DNA of 64,000 nt, from the NCBI GenBank assembly GCA_963823665.1, contig CAWGMQ010000008.1, forward strand, positions 736,001-800,000. Reading direction: 5' to 3'. The position numbers and the translations under genes are program-made. Source of the stretch: an uncultured Planctomycetota bacterium (GTDB lineage Bacteria; Planctomycetota; Planctomycetia; Isosphaerales; Isosphaeraceae). The notes beneath the pieces are model-generated. The model did not search any database and was not told the origin of the DNA. It saw nothing but the letters and a program-made list of their open reading frames with translations. Shown here piece by piece: positions 1-9,980 of the stretch (positions are counted from its first letter, which is position 1; every line of letters starts with the position of its first letter).

Positions 1-1190
1 TCCGGCGCAGAGCAGACCGACCGCGAGCGCGATCAGGCTCGCGACGGTCCGGTTGCGCAGACACCATCGCCACAGACGCCCGGCAGCTCCCACCGGTCGC
101 GCCACGATCGACTCGCCGGCGAGCCAGCGCCCAGATCCTCGGCCAGTCCCTGGGCCGACTCGTACCGCCGCGATGGGTCCTTTTGCAGACATTTGAGACA
201 GATCGTCTCCAGATCCTGATCAATCGCGCGATTGAGCTGTCGCGGTGCGACCGGCTCTTCTTCGAGCACCTGTTTCAGCGTCTGCACGGCGCTCGCCGAA
301 AAGAATGGCGGCCGTCCGACCAGCACGCGATAGAGGATCGCACCCAGCCCATAGACGTCCGAAAGCGGCCCGACGGCATGCAGTCGCCCCGCCGCCTGTT
401 CGGGCGCCATGTAGCTCGGTGTTCCGAGTATGGTGCCGCTCGCGGTCAGGTGGCTCTCGTCGCGCAGCCGCTTCGCCAGGCCGAAGTCCGAGACCTTGGG
501 GTTTCCATCCCGATCCATCAGCACGTTCGACGGCTTCAGATCGCGGTGCACGATCCCTTGCTGATGTGCGTAATCCACGGCCTCCGCTATCCGCCGCAAA
601 ATGGTGGCGGCCTGCCGCGGCGCGAGCGGCCCGCGAGCCTGCAAACGCTCTTCCAGGCTGCCACCGTCGATGTATCCCATCGAAAAGAAGTGCTGGCCGT
701 CTATCTCGCCGGCTTCATAAACCGGCACGATGCCCGAGTGGTCGAGCCGGGCCGCTGCTTCGGCCTCAAGCTGCAGCCGGCGCACGTCCTCGTCCTTCGC
801 AAGATCGCCCGACAAGATCATCTTGAGCGCCACGACGCGGTTGAGCTTGCGCTGTCGTGCCTGGTAGACGACCCCCATGCCTCCCCGCGCCAGCGGGCGG
901 ATCAGGTCGTAATCGCCGAACGATCGCCCTGAAACTCCGTGGGGCGGATCGGCGCCGAGCACGGTCTCGTCGGCGCCGCTGGCAGGAACCGTCAACGGCG
1001 AATTCTCGGCGATGAGTCCGATCTCGGCACGCGATCGCGCAGGCGAGCAAGCTCCACTTGAACGCGACGTCCCCGACGGCTCGGCAGCAAGCATCCCGAC
1101 TGTAGCCCCTGCGCCGTCAGCCATCGTCTCATCCTCCCTCGAGGGCGGTGGATCGATGCCGGTCATTTCCTTGGTGAGATCTTCCATCAC
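1..1190 (-). CDS. Hanks-type Ser/Thr protein kinase, 3'-partial (continues off left edge after an indel near 130)
   Basis: ARGGMGVVY, VALK, HRDLKPSN, DFG, GTPSYMAPE. Adding one G near 129-131 gives ..[45 protein letters not shown].., matching the post-kinase/TM segment of the two other kinases in the window. Confidence 0.93.
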
Positions 1191-1978
1191 CCAGCCCTCT
1201 TGTCGCCTTCAGTTGCCTGGCAAGGCTGTTGTCTCACGGCAAACCATCGCGCTAATCGGGGGCGGATGAGATAAAGGACGCTACAACCCAGGAGCGCCGC
1301 AGCCGCTGGCCCAGCGAGCAGCACGTACAAAAGGTGATCGTTCCACCGCGGCCACGCCGCGGTGAAATTTGACGGCAAGTCCACAGCCAGCGTAATGACC
1401 AGATTCACGGCCGCCAATCCCAGGCCGATTCCGGCCATCAGTCCGGTATGGAATCGATGTTTGATGGCATCGTAAACCGCCGCGGCGCCGATCGCGGCGG
1501 GCACGAGGCTTTCGAGCGCGAAAAATCCGACGAAGAAGGCGTAATCCGCGGCTTGCGGAACCGGGATCCCACCGTCTCCGATCGCAAGGTTATTCAATCG
1601 CCAGAGGGGATAAGTCGCCCAGGGGTACGACCCCGCCACGGCGATGACCAGCAGTGAAGACACGACGAAATCCGACAGCTTCTGACCGAAAATGATGAGG
1701 GCCGCAGCGGCCGAAACGCACGCGACTCCGGCAAGTTTCAACGTGGCCCAGTAAACCTCATCGGCCAGGATGCCGTCGACGCTCAGTTCAAGGTCGGAGA
1801 CCCGGCTGACCAGGTCGGCAATGACCCGGGAGGCGCACACGACCAGGAGCAATTCTCCAGGCCGGCAGATACCCCCGAAGCGTGCCCGCCGATACAGCAT
1901 GAGCGGAATCAGGGCCAGGCTTGCCTTGCCGACCGCCTCTTCAAAAAACTGCAGGATGATGATCCACCGAGGCCACAT
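1187..1978 (-). CDS. Multi-pass membrane protein of unknown function, stop overlaps kinase start
   Basis: Several hydrophobic segments; stop at 1187-1189 overlaps the kinase start. Start uncertain (ORF track extends to 2146; ATG at 1978 chosen). Confidence 0.65.
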   Translation of the reverse strand: MWPRWIIILQFFEEAVGKASLALIPLMLYRRARFGGICRPGELLLVVCASRVIADLVSRVSDLELSVDGILADEVYWATLKLAGVACVSAAAALIIFGQKLSDFVVSSLLVIAVAGSYPWATYPLWRLNNLAIGDGGIPVPQAADYAFFVGFFALESLVPAAIGAAAVYDAIKHRFHTGLMAGIGLGLAAVNLVITLAVDLPSNFTAAWPRWNDHLLYVLLAGPAAAALLGCSVLYLIRPRLARWFAVRQQPCQATEGDKRAG

Positions 1979-2160
1979 TCCTGCTCGAGATTCCGCGTGC
2001 CAGACTCCGCACCGCCCGTCGATTTGCCTCTCGATGCCTCGCCCTGTAGACTGGTTGTCTGAATGACCGGGATGCACCCCACCATGTTGACTGAACCGAT
2101 CCTCCGCAGCCTTCCCCTCACGGCGGCACGATTCCGCTTGCCCCAACCGGAGACTTCTTC

Positions 2161-3114
2161 ATGCCGGGAGTTTTGACCGGACTGATCCCCGCCTGCCATA
2201 CGCCCTTCGATCGGGCCGGTAACCTGAACCTCTCCATCGTCGAACAGCAAGCGGCTCTGTTCCGAGAATCAAGGCTGCGCAGCGTGTTCGTCGGCGGCAC
2301 GACGGGCGAGTTCGCCTCGCTCACCATCAGCGAGCGGAAAGCCCTCTGCGAGCGCTGGGTGGCCGTCGCCGGCGACTCGCTCCAGATCGCCCTCCACGTC
2401 GGGTCCAACTGCCAGGCCGATTCCATCGAGCTGGCCGCCCACGCGCGGGAGACGGGTGTCGCGGCCGTGGCAGCCGTCGCGCCGAGTTACTTCAAACCCG
2501 CGACCGTTCCCGACCTGGTCGACTTCCTCGCTCCGATCGCCGCCCAAGCAGGCCCGCTTCCGTTCTATTACTATCACATCCCGTGCATGACCACCGTCCG
2601 CCTGCCCGTCGCAGAGCTCCTGCGCGAAGCACGCGGGCGAATCCCCAACCTTCGAGGTTTGAAGTTCTCACATGACGACATGGTCGACCTTCAGGGCTGC
2701 ATCACGGCCGAGGGAGGAGCCTACGACGTCCTGTTCGGCTTCGACGAGGCGCTCCTGGCCGGGCTGAGCTTCGGAGTAGCCGGCGCCGTCGGCGGCACAT
2801 ACAACTTCGCCGCCCCCCTCTACGAGCGGATCATGCGTGCGTTTGAAAAAGGCGACCTGACCACCGCCCGATCCGCCCAGTTCCGGGCGACGGAGATGAT
2901 CAAGGTCTTGAGCGCATCTGGCTTCACGGCAGCGTCGAAAGCGGTGATGGCGTTCATCGGCGTGGACTGTGGCCCGGTGCGCGCACCACTACACAATCTG
3001 TCACGCGAACAGCTTTGCTCGCTTTACGACAAGCTCGCGCCCTCGAGGCGTTCGCGCGACCGATCAAAGCACCGTTTCATCCTTGCGATTGACACTCCGG
3101 GGCAAACAGCCTAA
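2161..3114 (+). CDS. nanA: N-acetylneuraminate lyase-like protein, DapA/NanA family
   Basis: TPF, GGTTGE, HVG, APSYFKP, FYYYHIP, Schiff-base GLKFS, GAVGGTYN. The last ~25 aa are probably out of frame (indel near 3041). Confidence 0.8.
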   Translation: MPGVLTGLIPACHTPFDRAGNLNLSIVEQQAALFRESRLRSVFVGGTTGEFASLTISERKALCERWVAVAGDSLQIALHVGSNCQADSIELAAHARETGVAAVAAVAPSYFKPATVPDLVDFLAPIAAQAGPLPFYYYHIPCMTTVRLPVAELLREARGRIPNLRGLKFSHDDMVDLQGCITAEGGAYDVLFGFDEALLAGLSFGVAGAVGGTYNFAAPLYERIMRAFEKGDLTTARSAQFRATEMIKVLSASGFTAASKAVMAFIGVDCGPVRAPLHNLSREQLCSLYDKLAPSRRSRDRSKHRFILAIDTPGQTA

Positions 3115-3191
3115 CCTACCCGCCTCTCAGCGGCCATCTCGTGAGGTCGAGCTGGGATATCGCAGGTGATCCGGGCAGGGAGGACCCATTT

Positions 3192-4148
3192 GTGCGAAAT
3201 CCGCGTCGTGGCCTGTGTTCCTGTCTTCTGACCGCGCTTTTCGTGCTGTGCTCGAATCCCCCGGCGGCGCTGGCTGATCCGATTTCGGGATACACTGTCA
3301 CAAATCTTGGCTCGGGGCCGATCACGCTCACGACCAGCAATGGCACCACCGTTCCCGTCAATTTCTCTGGGCCTTTCTACGGTTACTACGGGGGCTCGCT
3401 GACGAGTGTAACGAGCGGGGCACCCGTCGTATCCGTGTCGAACGGAAACGCATCCTATTCGTTCGCATTCACGCCGGACACGCCTCTTGCCCCGAATCAG
3501 GGAGTCATGAGTGGTTTTCCGCTGGCAAACGCTGCGCCGACTAATGATCCGCTCACCTACGGCAACCCTATAAACGCATTCAGTTACGTGCCCGGCACGT
3601 CCCTGATGAATAGCCAGGGATTGGTCGCGGCAGCCGATACATATGGTACCTCCGGCCACTGGGTGGCGGGAACTGCGTACACAGTCCAGGAAAACGCCAG
3701 CGCGTCGTTTGGCGCACCGACTCCGATCTGGTCGGGAACCACTCAAGTCAACGGGGGCGAGTCGCTCAGCACCGGTGTGAGTATCGTGGGGATCAACAAT
3801 TTGGGCCAGGTACTGGGCACAACGAGCAACCCTTACGGTAACAACCCGCCGGCCGCGGTTGTTTATAACCCAACCACGCAAACGCTCACTAACTTGACGA
3901 ATGTCACCGACTCCGCCGGAAACTCGTACCTGAACGCCGTGCCCTATGCAATCGACGATCAAGGCAGAATCTTGCTTCAAGCTTCTGAGTGGCCCACCGG
4001 TGCGCTGGACACCTTACTCTTGACTCCGGCGGGTCAGTCCGTCTCCGAAGCACCCGTTCCCGAGCCGGGATCGATCGCCGTGATGGTGCTGGCGATGGCG
4101 GCCTTTGCCGCACAACGCGCTGCCGAGCGACGTCGCCGGCGAAATTGA
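3192..4148 (+). CDS. PEP-CTERM surface protein
   Basis: GGAGG before GTG 3192; signal peptide; Thr/Ser/Gly-rich body with GINNLGQVLG; C-terminal VPEPGS + TM helix + RRRRRN. Confidence 0.88.
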   Translation: MRNPRRGLCSCLLTALFVLCSNPPAALADPISGYTVTNLGSGPITLTTSNGTTVPVNFSGPFYGYYGGSLTSVTSGAPVVSVSNGNASYSFAFTPDTPLAPNQGVMSGFPLANAAPTNDPLTYGNPINAFSYVPGTSLMNSQGLVAAADTYGTSGHWVAGTAYTVQENASASFGAPTPIWSGTTQVNGGESLSTGVSIVGINNLGQVLGTTSNPYGNNPPAAVVYNPTTQTLTNLTNVTDSAGNSYLNAVPYAIDDQGRILLQASEWPTGALDTLLLTPAGQSVSEAPVPEPGSIAVMVLAMAAFAAQRAAERRRRRN

Positions 4149-4168
4149 TCGACATGGTCGCGAACTTG

Positions 4169-4594
4169 CTAGAGCCTCCAGTCTTCCGTGACCAGACCGG
4201 GAACTTTGGCGAAGTCGCTCGTATTTCGGGTAACGACCACCAAGCCTCGGGACAGCGCAATCGAAGCGATCCGCAGGTCCATTGTCGGTATCCTTATTCT
4301 TCGCGCCCGTTGGCTATCGAACTCCAGAGCGGCTGCCGTGTCAAATGGTAAAACGGGTGCGGTCGAGAATACCTCGATGATTTCTCCGATAAGCTTGTAG
4401 CCGCGGACCACGTCGCTGGGATTGCGAGCACGGCCGATAAAGCTGTGAGCGCCCAGCATCTGTTCGTGAAAGCTGATTACGCAGAATCCCAAGTCAGCCG
4501 CTCGCTGAGCGACGCGCGTGCTAACCGCGGCATACTCCGGTCCCGAACGAAGCTGGATGATACTGATGTGATCGGTGTCAAGCCGGAACTTCAC
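4169..4594 (-). CDS. vapC: PIN-domain toxin, VapC family
   Basis: LDTD at N-terminus, EQ, MDLRIASIAL, VVTRNTSDF; GTG start overlaps the upstream stop (GTGA). Confidence 0.9.
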   Translation of the reverse strand: MKFRLDTDHISIIQLRSGPEYAAVSTRVAQRAADLGFCVISFHEQMLGAHSFIGRARNPSDVVRGYKLIGEIIEVFSTAPVLPFDTAAALEFDSQRARRIRIPTMDLRIASIALSRGLVVVTRNTSDFAKVPGLVTEDWRL

Positions 4595-4818
4595 GGCCCA
4601 TCGTCGCCTTCGTCTTGGGGCCGGTCCGCCAATCGCCATGCGCGGCCGAGCTCAAGTACGTCGCGGAAAGCCGCTTCGTCGGTTACAGATCCTGTGACCT
4701 TCTGCAACCAATCTGCAGAAGTAGCGGTGCCGGTCAGCAGGGATTTGAGTTCCGCGACCTCACGCTCTACGCTCGCCAAGCGCTGCTCGATCGATAACTG
4801 ACAGGAATTAACTTCCAT
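4591..4818 (-). CDS. Putative antitoxin (75 aa, coiled-coil N-terminus, acidic tail)
   Basis: Small gene coupled to vapC; IEQRLASVEREVAELK ... LELGRAWR. Confidence 0.78.
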   Translation of the reverse strand: MEVNSCQLSIEQRLASVEREVAELKSLLTGTATSADWLQKVTGSVTDEAAFRDVLELGRAWRLADRPQDEGDDGP

Positions 4819-4915
4819 CCTGCTACACCCCTTTTTCAGCCACTCTAACTTACTGAATGTACTGGCCTTCTATCATTCTAGCCCGACGACTCGCGCCGAT
4901 CCAGGACCGCAGCGG

Positions 4916-6481
4916 CTACTCCCTAAACGGCTTCTGCTCCTGGTACAGTTTCAGCCGCGCCTGATATTCGCCCTTCTCCTTCGCGTCGGTCTCCAGCTCG
5001 ATCGCCTTGGTCTGCCACTTCACGGCCAAACCGAAATCGCCGGTCTCGGCGTAGGCGGCGGCCAGGGTCTCAATGCAATACGCCGCCTTCCACCGAGTCA
5101 GCTCACACGCCTCGATCGCCAGCTCGACGGCCTTCTTGCCGTCGCGAAGTGACACGTCGCGACAGGTGGCCGCGATCCACGCGCGCCCGTCGATCGCACA
5201 GGCATCGCGCGCGTTGACCCGCAAGGCACTGCTGAAGTCGGCGAGCGCCGGAGCGTATTGATGCATCTCGCGCCAGGCCCAGCCGCGTCCGCAATAGGCG
5301 TCGGCGTCCTTGGCGTCGAGCCGGATCGCCTCGGTGTAGTCGGCAATCGCCTTCTCGTGTTGCTTGGCGGCTTTGTAGGCAAAGGCGCGGCTGCAATAAC
5401 ACGAGGCCACCGAAGGCGCGAGCCGGATCACCTGGGAATAATCGGCAATGGCCTTGTCATACTGCTTGAGCTCGCCCCAGAGAGAGGCGCGGTCGTGGTA
5501 CGCGCCCGTGCTGCGCGGATCCAGCCGGATGGCTTCCGTCAGATCGGCGATCGCCCGGTCGTATTGCTGCTTATGCTTCCACCCCGCGGCGCGCACGACA
5601 TAAGTGTCGGGCAACTGCGGCTCGATCCGGATGAGCTGATCGAGCCCCTTGATCACGGCGTCGTACTCGCCTTTCTCACCCTGAGCAGCCGCCCGCCCGA
5701 GATAGGCATGCAAGAGATTCGGATCGTGACGGATCACTTCGTCGTAGTCGGCAATGGCGCCGTCATACTCCTTGCGCTCCGAGCGGATCGAGGCCCGCAG
5801 AACGAGAGCCGTCACCGACCGCGGGTCAAGGCGTAACGCGGCGTCGCAGTCGCCGATGGCCTTTTCATAATTGCGCTCGGCTCGCCAGGCGGCCGCGCGG
5901 TCGATCAAGTACGCCGGGTTCCGCGGCTCGAGCCGGATCGCCTCGTTGAAATCAGCCTTGGCCCTGGACACGTCTTCCTGTGCCAGCCATGCCACGCCCC
6001 GGCTGCCGCGCGCAAAAGCATCGCCGGGGTTCAAGCGCACCGCCGCGTCAAAGTCGGCCATTGCGTTCTTGAAGTCCGGCTTCATCGCCAGTGCCGCGAT
6101 CGCCCGCATCGCATAGGCGAACGAATCGCGAGGATTGGCCCGGATCTGACCCGTGAAGAAGGCCGGAGCCTGCTCGAGCAGGACGAACTGGTCATCCGCC
6201 ACCCATCCCGCCAGCCCATTCGTCGTGATGAGCAGTGATCGGCCGCTCTCCTGTGCCACGTGATAGATCGCCGGCGGTCCAGGACGCGGGGCGGATTGTG
6301 CGTTTTCCCTGATCGTGAAATTTCGCACCTTGGACACGACGGCTTTGCCCACCAAGCTGTCGCCGGGCGGGGCCTGCGCGGCCGCAACGGCCGTGGCCAT
6401 GTGCATCAAGCCCGCAATAACCAGAGCGAGCGGAAAACTCCCACTCGGCATCGCGTTCGCGTTCCTTCGATCCCGTCGCAT
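4916..6481 (-). CDS. Exported TPR-repeat protein (third of tandem trio)
   Basis: GGAGG before ATG 6481; signal-like N-terminus; repeated A(I/L)ADxxEAIRLDP units. Confidence 0.9.
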   Translation of the reverse strand: MRRDRRNANAMPSGSFPLALVIAGLMHMATAVAAAQAPPGDSLVGKAVVSKVRNFTIRENAQSAPRPGPPAIYHVAQESGRSLLITTNGLAGWVADDQFVLLEQAPAFFTGQIRANPRDSFAYAMRAIAALAMKPDFKNAMADFDAAVRLNPGDAFARGSRGVAWLAQEDVSRAKADFNEAIRLEPRNPAYLIDRAAAWRAERNYEKAIGDCDAALRLDPRSVTALVLRASIRSERKEYDGAIADYDEVIRHDPNLLHAYLGRAAAQGEKGEYDAVIKGLDQLIRIEPQLPDTYVVRAAGWKHKQQYDRAIADLTEAIRLDPRSTGAYHDRASLWGELKQYDKAIADYSQVIRLAPSVASCYCSRAFAYKAAKQHEKAIADYTEAIRLDAKDADAYCGRGWAWREMHQYAPALADFSSALRVNARDACAIDGRAWIAATCRDVSLRDGKKAVELAIEACELTRWKAAYCIETLAAAYAETGDFGLAVKWQTKAIELETDAKEKGEYQARLKLYQEQKPFRE

Positions 6482-6512
6482 CGCCGAACCTCCGTTGTCG
6501 AACCACAGCCTA

Positions 6513-8423
6513 TCAGGGCTTCTTCTCGGCCTCGGCCGCGCCTCGATAATTGCTGATATATTGCTCATAAATCGCCTTGTCTGATGCTGGAACGAGCTCG
6601 AGAACCTTGGTTGTCCACTTCAAGGCAGCGGCGTAATCGCCCGTGCTCGCGTACACAGCCCCGAGATCGAAAAGATATCCGTGGTTCGTCCAGCCCGTTT
6701 CCTCACAGAACTTCGTTGCCAGGGCGATCACCGTTTTGGAATCACGCTTCTTGGCATCTTGATAGGTCGCAATGCGACCCAGGAGGCTGTGACAGAGCAT
6801 CTCGGCCTGCGCGTTTTCTTTCCAGATATTCGAATCGCAGAGCGCTGCAGCGAACTCGATGACTTTCTTGGGTTCGACGCAATCACTCTGCCAGAGAATC
6901 ACACCGAGCGCCAGGCGCGCCGACTGGTTTTGCGGCTCAATTTGAAGCGCGTGCTCATAATCTTTGATCGCCTCGGCCGATTGTCCGTTGGTGCTCCGGC
7001 ACAAAGCCCGGTTCGAAAGCACCATCGCGTTCCGGGGATCGAGCTTGAGCGCCTCGTTGTACTCGTCGATCGCCCGGGATATCTCGGATTTTCCCGACCA
7101 CGCGACCCCGCGGCTGTTGTGCGCAGCCGAGCTAAGTGGATCAAGCCGGATGGCCTGGCTCAAATCGGCGATCGCCGCGTCGTACTGATTCAGCCTGTTC
7201 CTGGCCCAGCCGCGCGTTCGATAGGCCACGGCGTCCTCGGGCGCCAGACGAATCGCCTCAGTCGCGTCAGCAAGTGCGTTCTCGTAATCACGCCGTTCAA
7301 TCCAGCAGCGGGCGCGGCCCCGATAAGCAAGATCGTTCCGCTTGTCGAGCCGTATGGCCTCACTGTATTCCGGGATCGCCTTGTCGTAATTTTCTCGCGC
7401 CAGCCACAAATCACCCAGTGCTCGACGAGCGTCGCTCTCGCGCGGATCGAGGCGAATCGACTGTTCCAGGTCGGCAAGCGCTTTGTCGTACTCTTTCTTC
7501 TCAAAGAGCGCCAGTCCTCGACTCCGATAAGCCGATCCCGATTTCGCATTGAGCTTGATGGCTTCTTCGAAGTCGGCGATGGCCTTCGTGTAATCCTTCC
7601 TCGCCAGATAGGCGTCACCTCGGGCTTCGAATGCACTGCCCGCCCGTGGCTCGAGCTTGATCGCGCGATCGTGATCGGCGATCGCCTCATCGTACTTCTT
7701 CAGACCGGCATACGCCCGCCCACGTTCCGTGTGCGCCGCGGCGAGATGCGGCTCGCGCCGGATCGCTTCACTGAAATCGGCGATCGCTTTCTCGTAATCC
7801 CGCTTTCCAAGCCATGCTTGTCCGCGCAGCTTGTAAGCGCCCGCAGCTCGCGGCTCGAGGCGAATCGTTTCGGTCAAGTCGCCAAGCGCCTTTTCATACT
7901 CCCGCCGTCGCAGCCAGATCTGACCGCGGACACTATGGGCCAGGTAATCATCGGCCGCAATGCGAACTGCCTCATCGGCGTCACCCAGGGCAATGTCGAG
8001 CTCGCCTTGGTCAAGCCAGAGCAGTGCCCGCACGGAGTTTGCGAAGGGAACGTCGGTCAACTGCTCTCGCTGCTCGGTGAAGTGGTCGATGCCGCGCGAG
8101 ACCGCCACGACCTTGGACGCCTCGACCGTTCCCACGATGCAATCGTCTTCGGCCTTGAGCGTCAAGCTGGAATCCGCCACCGACTCGACACGATAGATGT
8201 GATTCTCCCAGCGCGTCCTCGCCACCTCGCGGCCGTCAGCGCGAAGCGCCGACTCGCGGCGACGCAGCACGACACGCTCTCCAACACCGGGGCTCGCGGC
8301 CCGCTCTCCGGCGGCCGAGGCCGGACTAGCCGGGTGCAACACAGCGAGCAAGGATGTCACTGCGATGAAGAGCCGGCCCCGGTGAAGTAATACCGTGAAC
8401 GTTGGTCGTGCGGTCCTTCGCAT
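6513..8423 (-). CDS. Exported TPR-repeat protein (second of trio)
   Basis: GGAG before ATG 8423; signal peptide; about a dozen TPR units. Confidence 0.9.
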   Translation of the reverse strand: MRRTARPTFTVLLHRGRLFIAVTSLLAVLHPASPASAAGERAASPGVGERVVLRRRESALRADGREVARTRWENHIYRVESVADSSLTLKAEDDCIVGTVEASKVVAVSRGIDHFTEQREQLTDVPFANSVRALLWLDQGELDIALGDADEAVRIAADDYLAHSVRGQIWLRRREYEKALGDLTETIRLEPRAAGAYKLRGQAWLGKRDYEKAIADFSEAIRREPHLAAAHTERGRAYAGLKKYDEAIADHDRAIKLEPRAGSAFEARGDAYLARKDYTKAIADFEEAIKLNAKSGSAYRSRGLALFEKKEYDKALADLEQSIRLDPRESDARRALGDLWLARENYDKAIPEYSEAIRLDKRNDLAYRGRARCWIERRDYENALADATEAIRLAPEDAVAYRTRGWARNRLNQYDAAIADLSQAIRLDPLSSAAHNSRGVAWSGKSEISRAIDEYNEALKLDPRNAMVLSNRALCRSTNGQSAEAIKDYEHALQIEPQNQSARLALGVILWQSDCVEPKKVIEFAAALCDSNIWKENAQAEMLCHSLLGRIATYQDAKKRDSKTVIALATKFCEETGWTNHGYLFDLGAVYASTGDYAAALKWTTKVLELVPASDKAIYEQYISNYRGAAEAEKKP

Positions 8424-8451
8424 GGTCCAATCTCCCATGTTGAAACGCCAC

Positions 8452-9846
8452 TCAAGACTTCTTCTTGGCAGCGGCCTCTTTACGAAAGTGCTCTACTGCC
8501 GATTCATACATCGACTTTAAGCTTTCTGGTCCGAGCTCAGCAGCCTTGGTCGCCCACTTCAGAGCGGGCGCGAAATCGCCCGCCTCACCGTAGGCAGTTG
8601 CAAGCTCATGCAGTGCGTAATGGTCTTTCCAGTTCGTTATCTCACACAGCGTGGTCGCTAGCGGAATGGCGGCTCTGTGCGTTAATGAGCTATCGTATGC
8701 ATAGATCCGGAGTCCAAGGTCGTGAATGAGCTGCGCGTCTGCGGGCCCCGGCTTCCAGTATTTTGAGCTGCACAAATCCATCGCATATTGAATGACTTTC
8801 TCTTGATCAACATTGCTAAAAAGGCGACTGAGAGCCTGGCCCAGCAACCGGCGAGCTTCGAGATCCTTGGGATCGATCTCGAGCGCCGCCTCGAAGTCGC
8901 GCATCGCTTTTTCACCCTCGGACTTGCTCAACCAGTTGCAGCCGCGGTTCCTGAGTGCGGCCACATTGCGACGGTCGAGTCGCAACGCCTGGTTGAACGA
9001 CGCGAGAGCCATGTCGAAGTCTTTCTTGCCCGCCCAGGCGAGCCCCCGATCGTTGCACGCAGCCACGTCCTGAGGATCGAGGCGCAACACCTGACTGAAA
9101 TCAGCGATCGCTTCGTCGTAACGATGGAGCTCCTTCCACGACGCACCGCGGGCGCGATAGGCGGCGACGTCCTCAGGCGCGAGCCGGATCGCGACATTCA
9201 GATCGGCGACAGCGTTCTCGAAATCGCCTCGCTCACTCCAGCACGATGCTCGGCCCCGGTAAGCGATCGCGTCTCGAGGATTGAGTCTGATCGCTTCATT
9301 GAAATCCTGGATCGCCCTGACATGTTCCCGCCTTCCAAGCCTGATCTGCCCGCGGGCGCTGTAGCCGCGAGAAGCTGTTGGAGCCAGCCGGACCGCTTCA
9401 TCGGCATCGGCAAGCGCGGTCTGAAACTCGCACCGGTCGAGCCGAAGCAGGGAGCGCATCAGAAAGGCGTATTCGTTCTTCGCGTCGGTCCCGATCAGCG
9501 TCGTAAAGTAATCAACACCCCGAGCAACCGGAACCACCGCCGAGGCAGGAACGAACCCCACGATCCAATCGCCTTCGGACCTGAGCTTCGCGGTGGCACC
9601 GTCCAACAATTCAATGCGGTAGAAATGGTTTTCCAAGCGACTTCGCGGTACGTCGCGGTCGTCCATGCCAAGGCCGACTTCGCCGCTTCGCAACACCGCT
9701 CGCTCACCCACGCGAATTGTCTCGGCCGGCTCTTGGCCCAGCGAATGCCGCGAGGCGAGAAACCCCACGCCTGAAACGAGCAGAACTGCGAAAATATAAA
9801 CGCAAGCCCGATCGCGCTTGGTCACGTTAGGCGACGCGCAAGTCAT
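8452..9846 (-). CDS. Exported TPR-repeat protein (first of trio)
   Basis: AGGAGGA before ATG 9846; hydrophobic N-terminal segment; TPR units; N-terminal domain similar to 6513-8423. Confidence 0.88.
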   Translation of the reverse strand: MTCASPNVTKRDRACVYIFAVLLVSGVGFLASRHSLGQEPAETIRVGERAVLRSGEVGLGMDDRDVPRSRLENHFYRIELLDGATAKLRSEGDWIVGFVPASAVVPVARGVDYFTTLIGTDAKNEYAFLMRSLLRLDRCEFQTALADADEAVRLAPTASRGYSARGQIRLGRREHVRAIQDFNEAIRLNPRDAIAYRGRASCWSERGDFENAVADLNVAIRLAPEDVAAYRARGASWKELHRYDEAIADFSQVLRLDPQDVAACNDRGLAWAGKKDFDMALASFNQALRLDRRNVAALRNRGCNWLSKSEGEKAMRDFEAALEIDPKDLEARRLLGQALSRLFSNVDQEKVIQYAMDLCSSKYWKPGPADAQLIHDLGLRIYAYDSSLTHRAAIPLATTLCEITNWKDHYALHELATAYGEAGDFAPALKWATKAAELGPESLKSMYESAVEHFRKEAAAKKKS

Positions 9847-9980
9847 GGGCGGGTCCTCCTGGTTGACCGCAAACCGTCCTTCATCCTTGGAGCGAGCCGG
9901 GCGCCGATCATACTCCGGCTGCGAAAACGGGGCAAGATAAGCAGCCGAAGTAGGCCAGAACGCATGTGGTCGCCTGCACA

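Noticed and set aside
2161..3114. Sialic-acid or pectin utilisation cluster (with pelA at 48-49 kb)
   Set aside because: Both genes are isolated, ~45 kb apart, with no transporters or pathway partners beside them.
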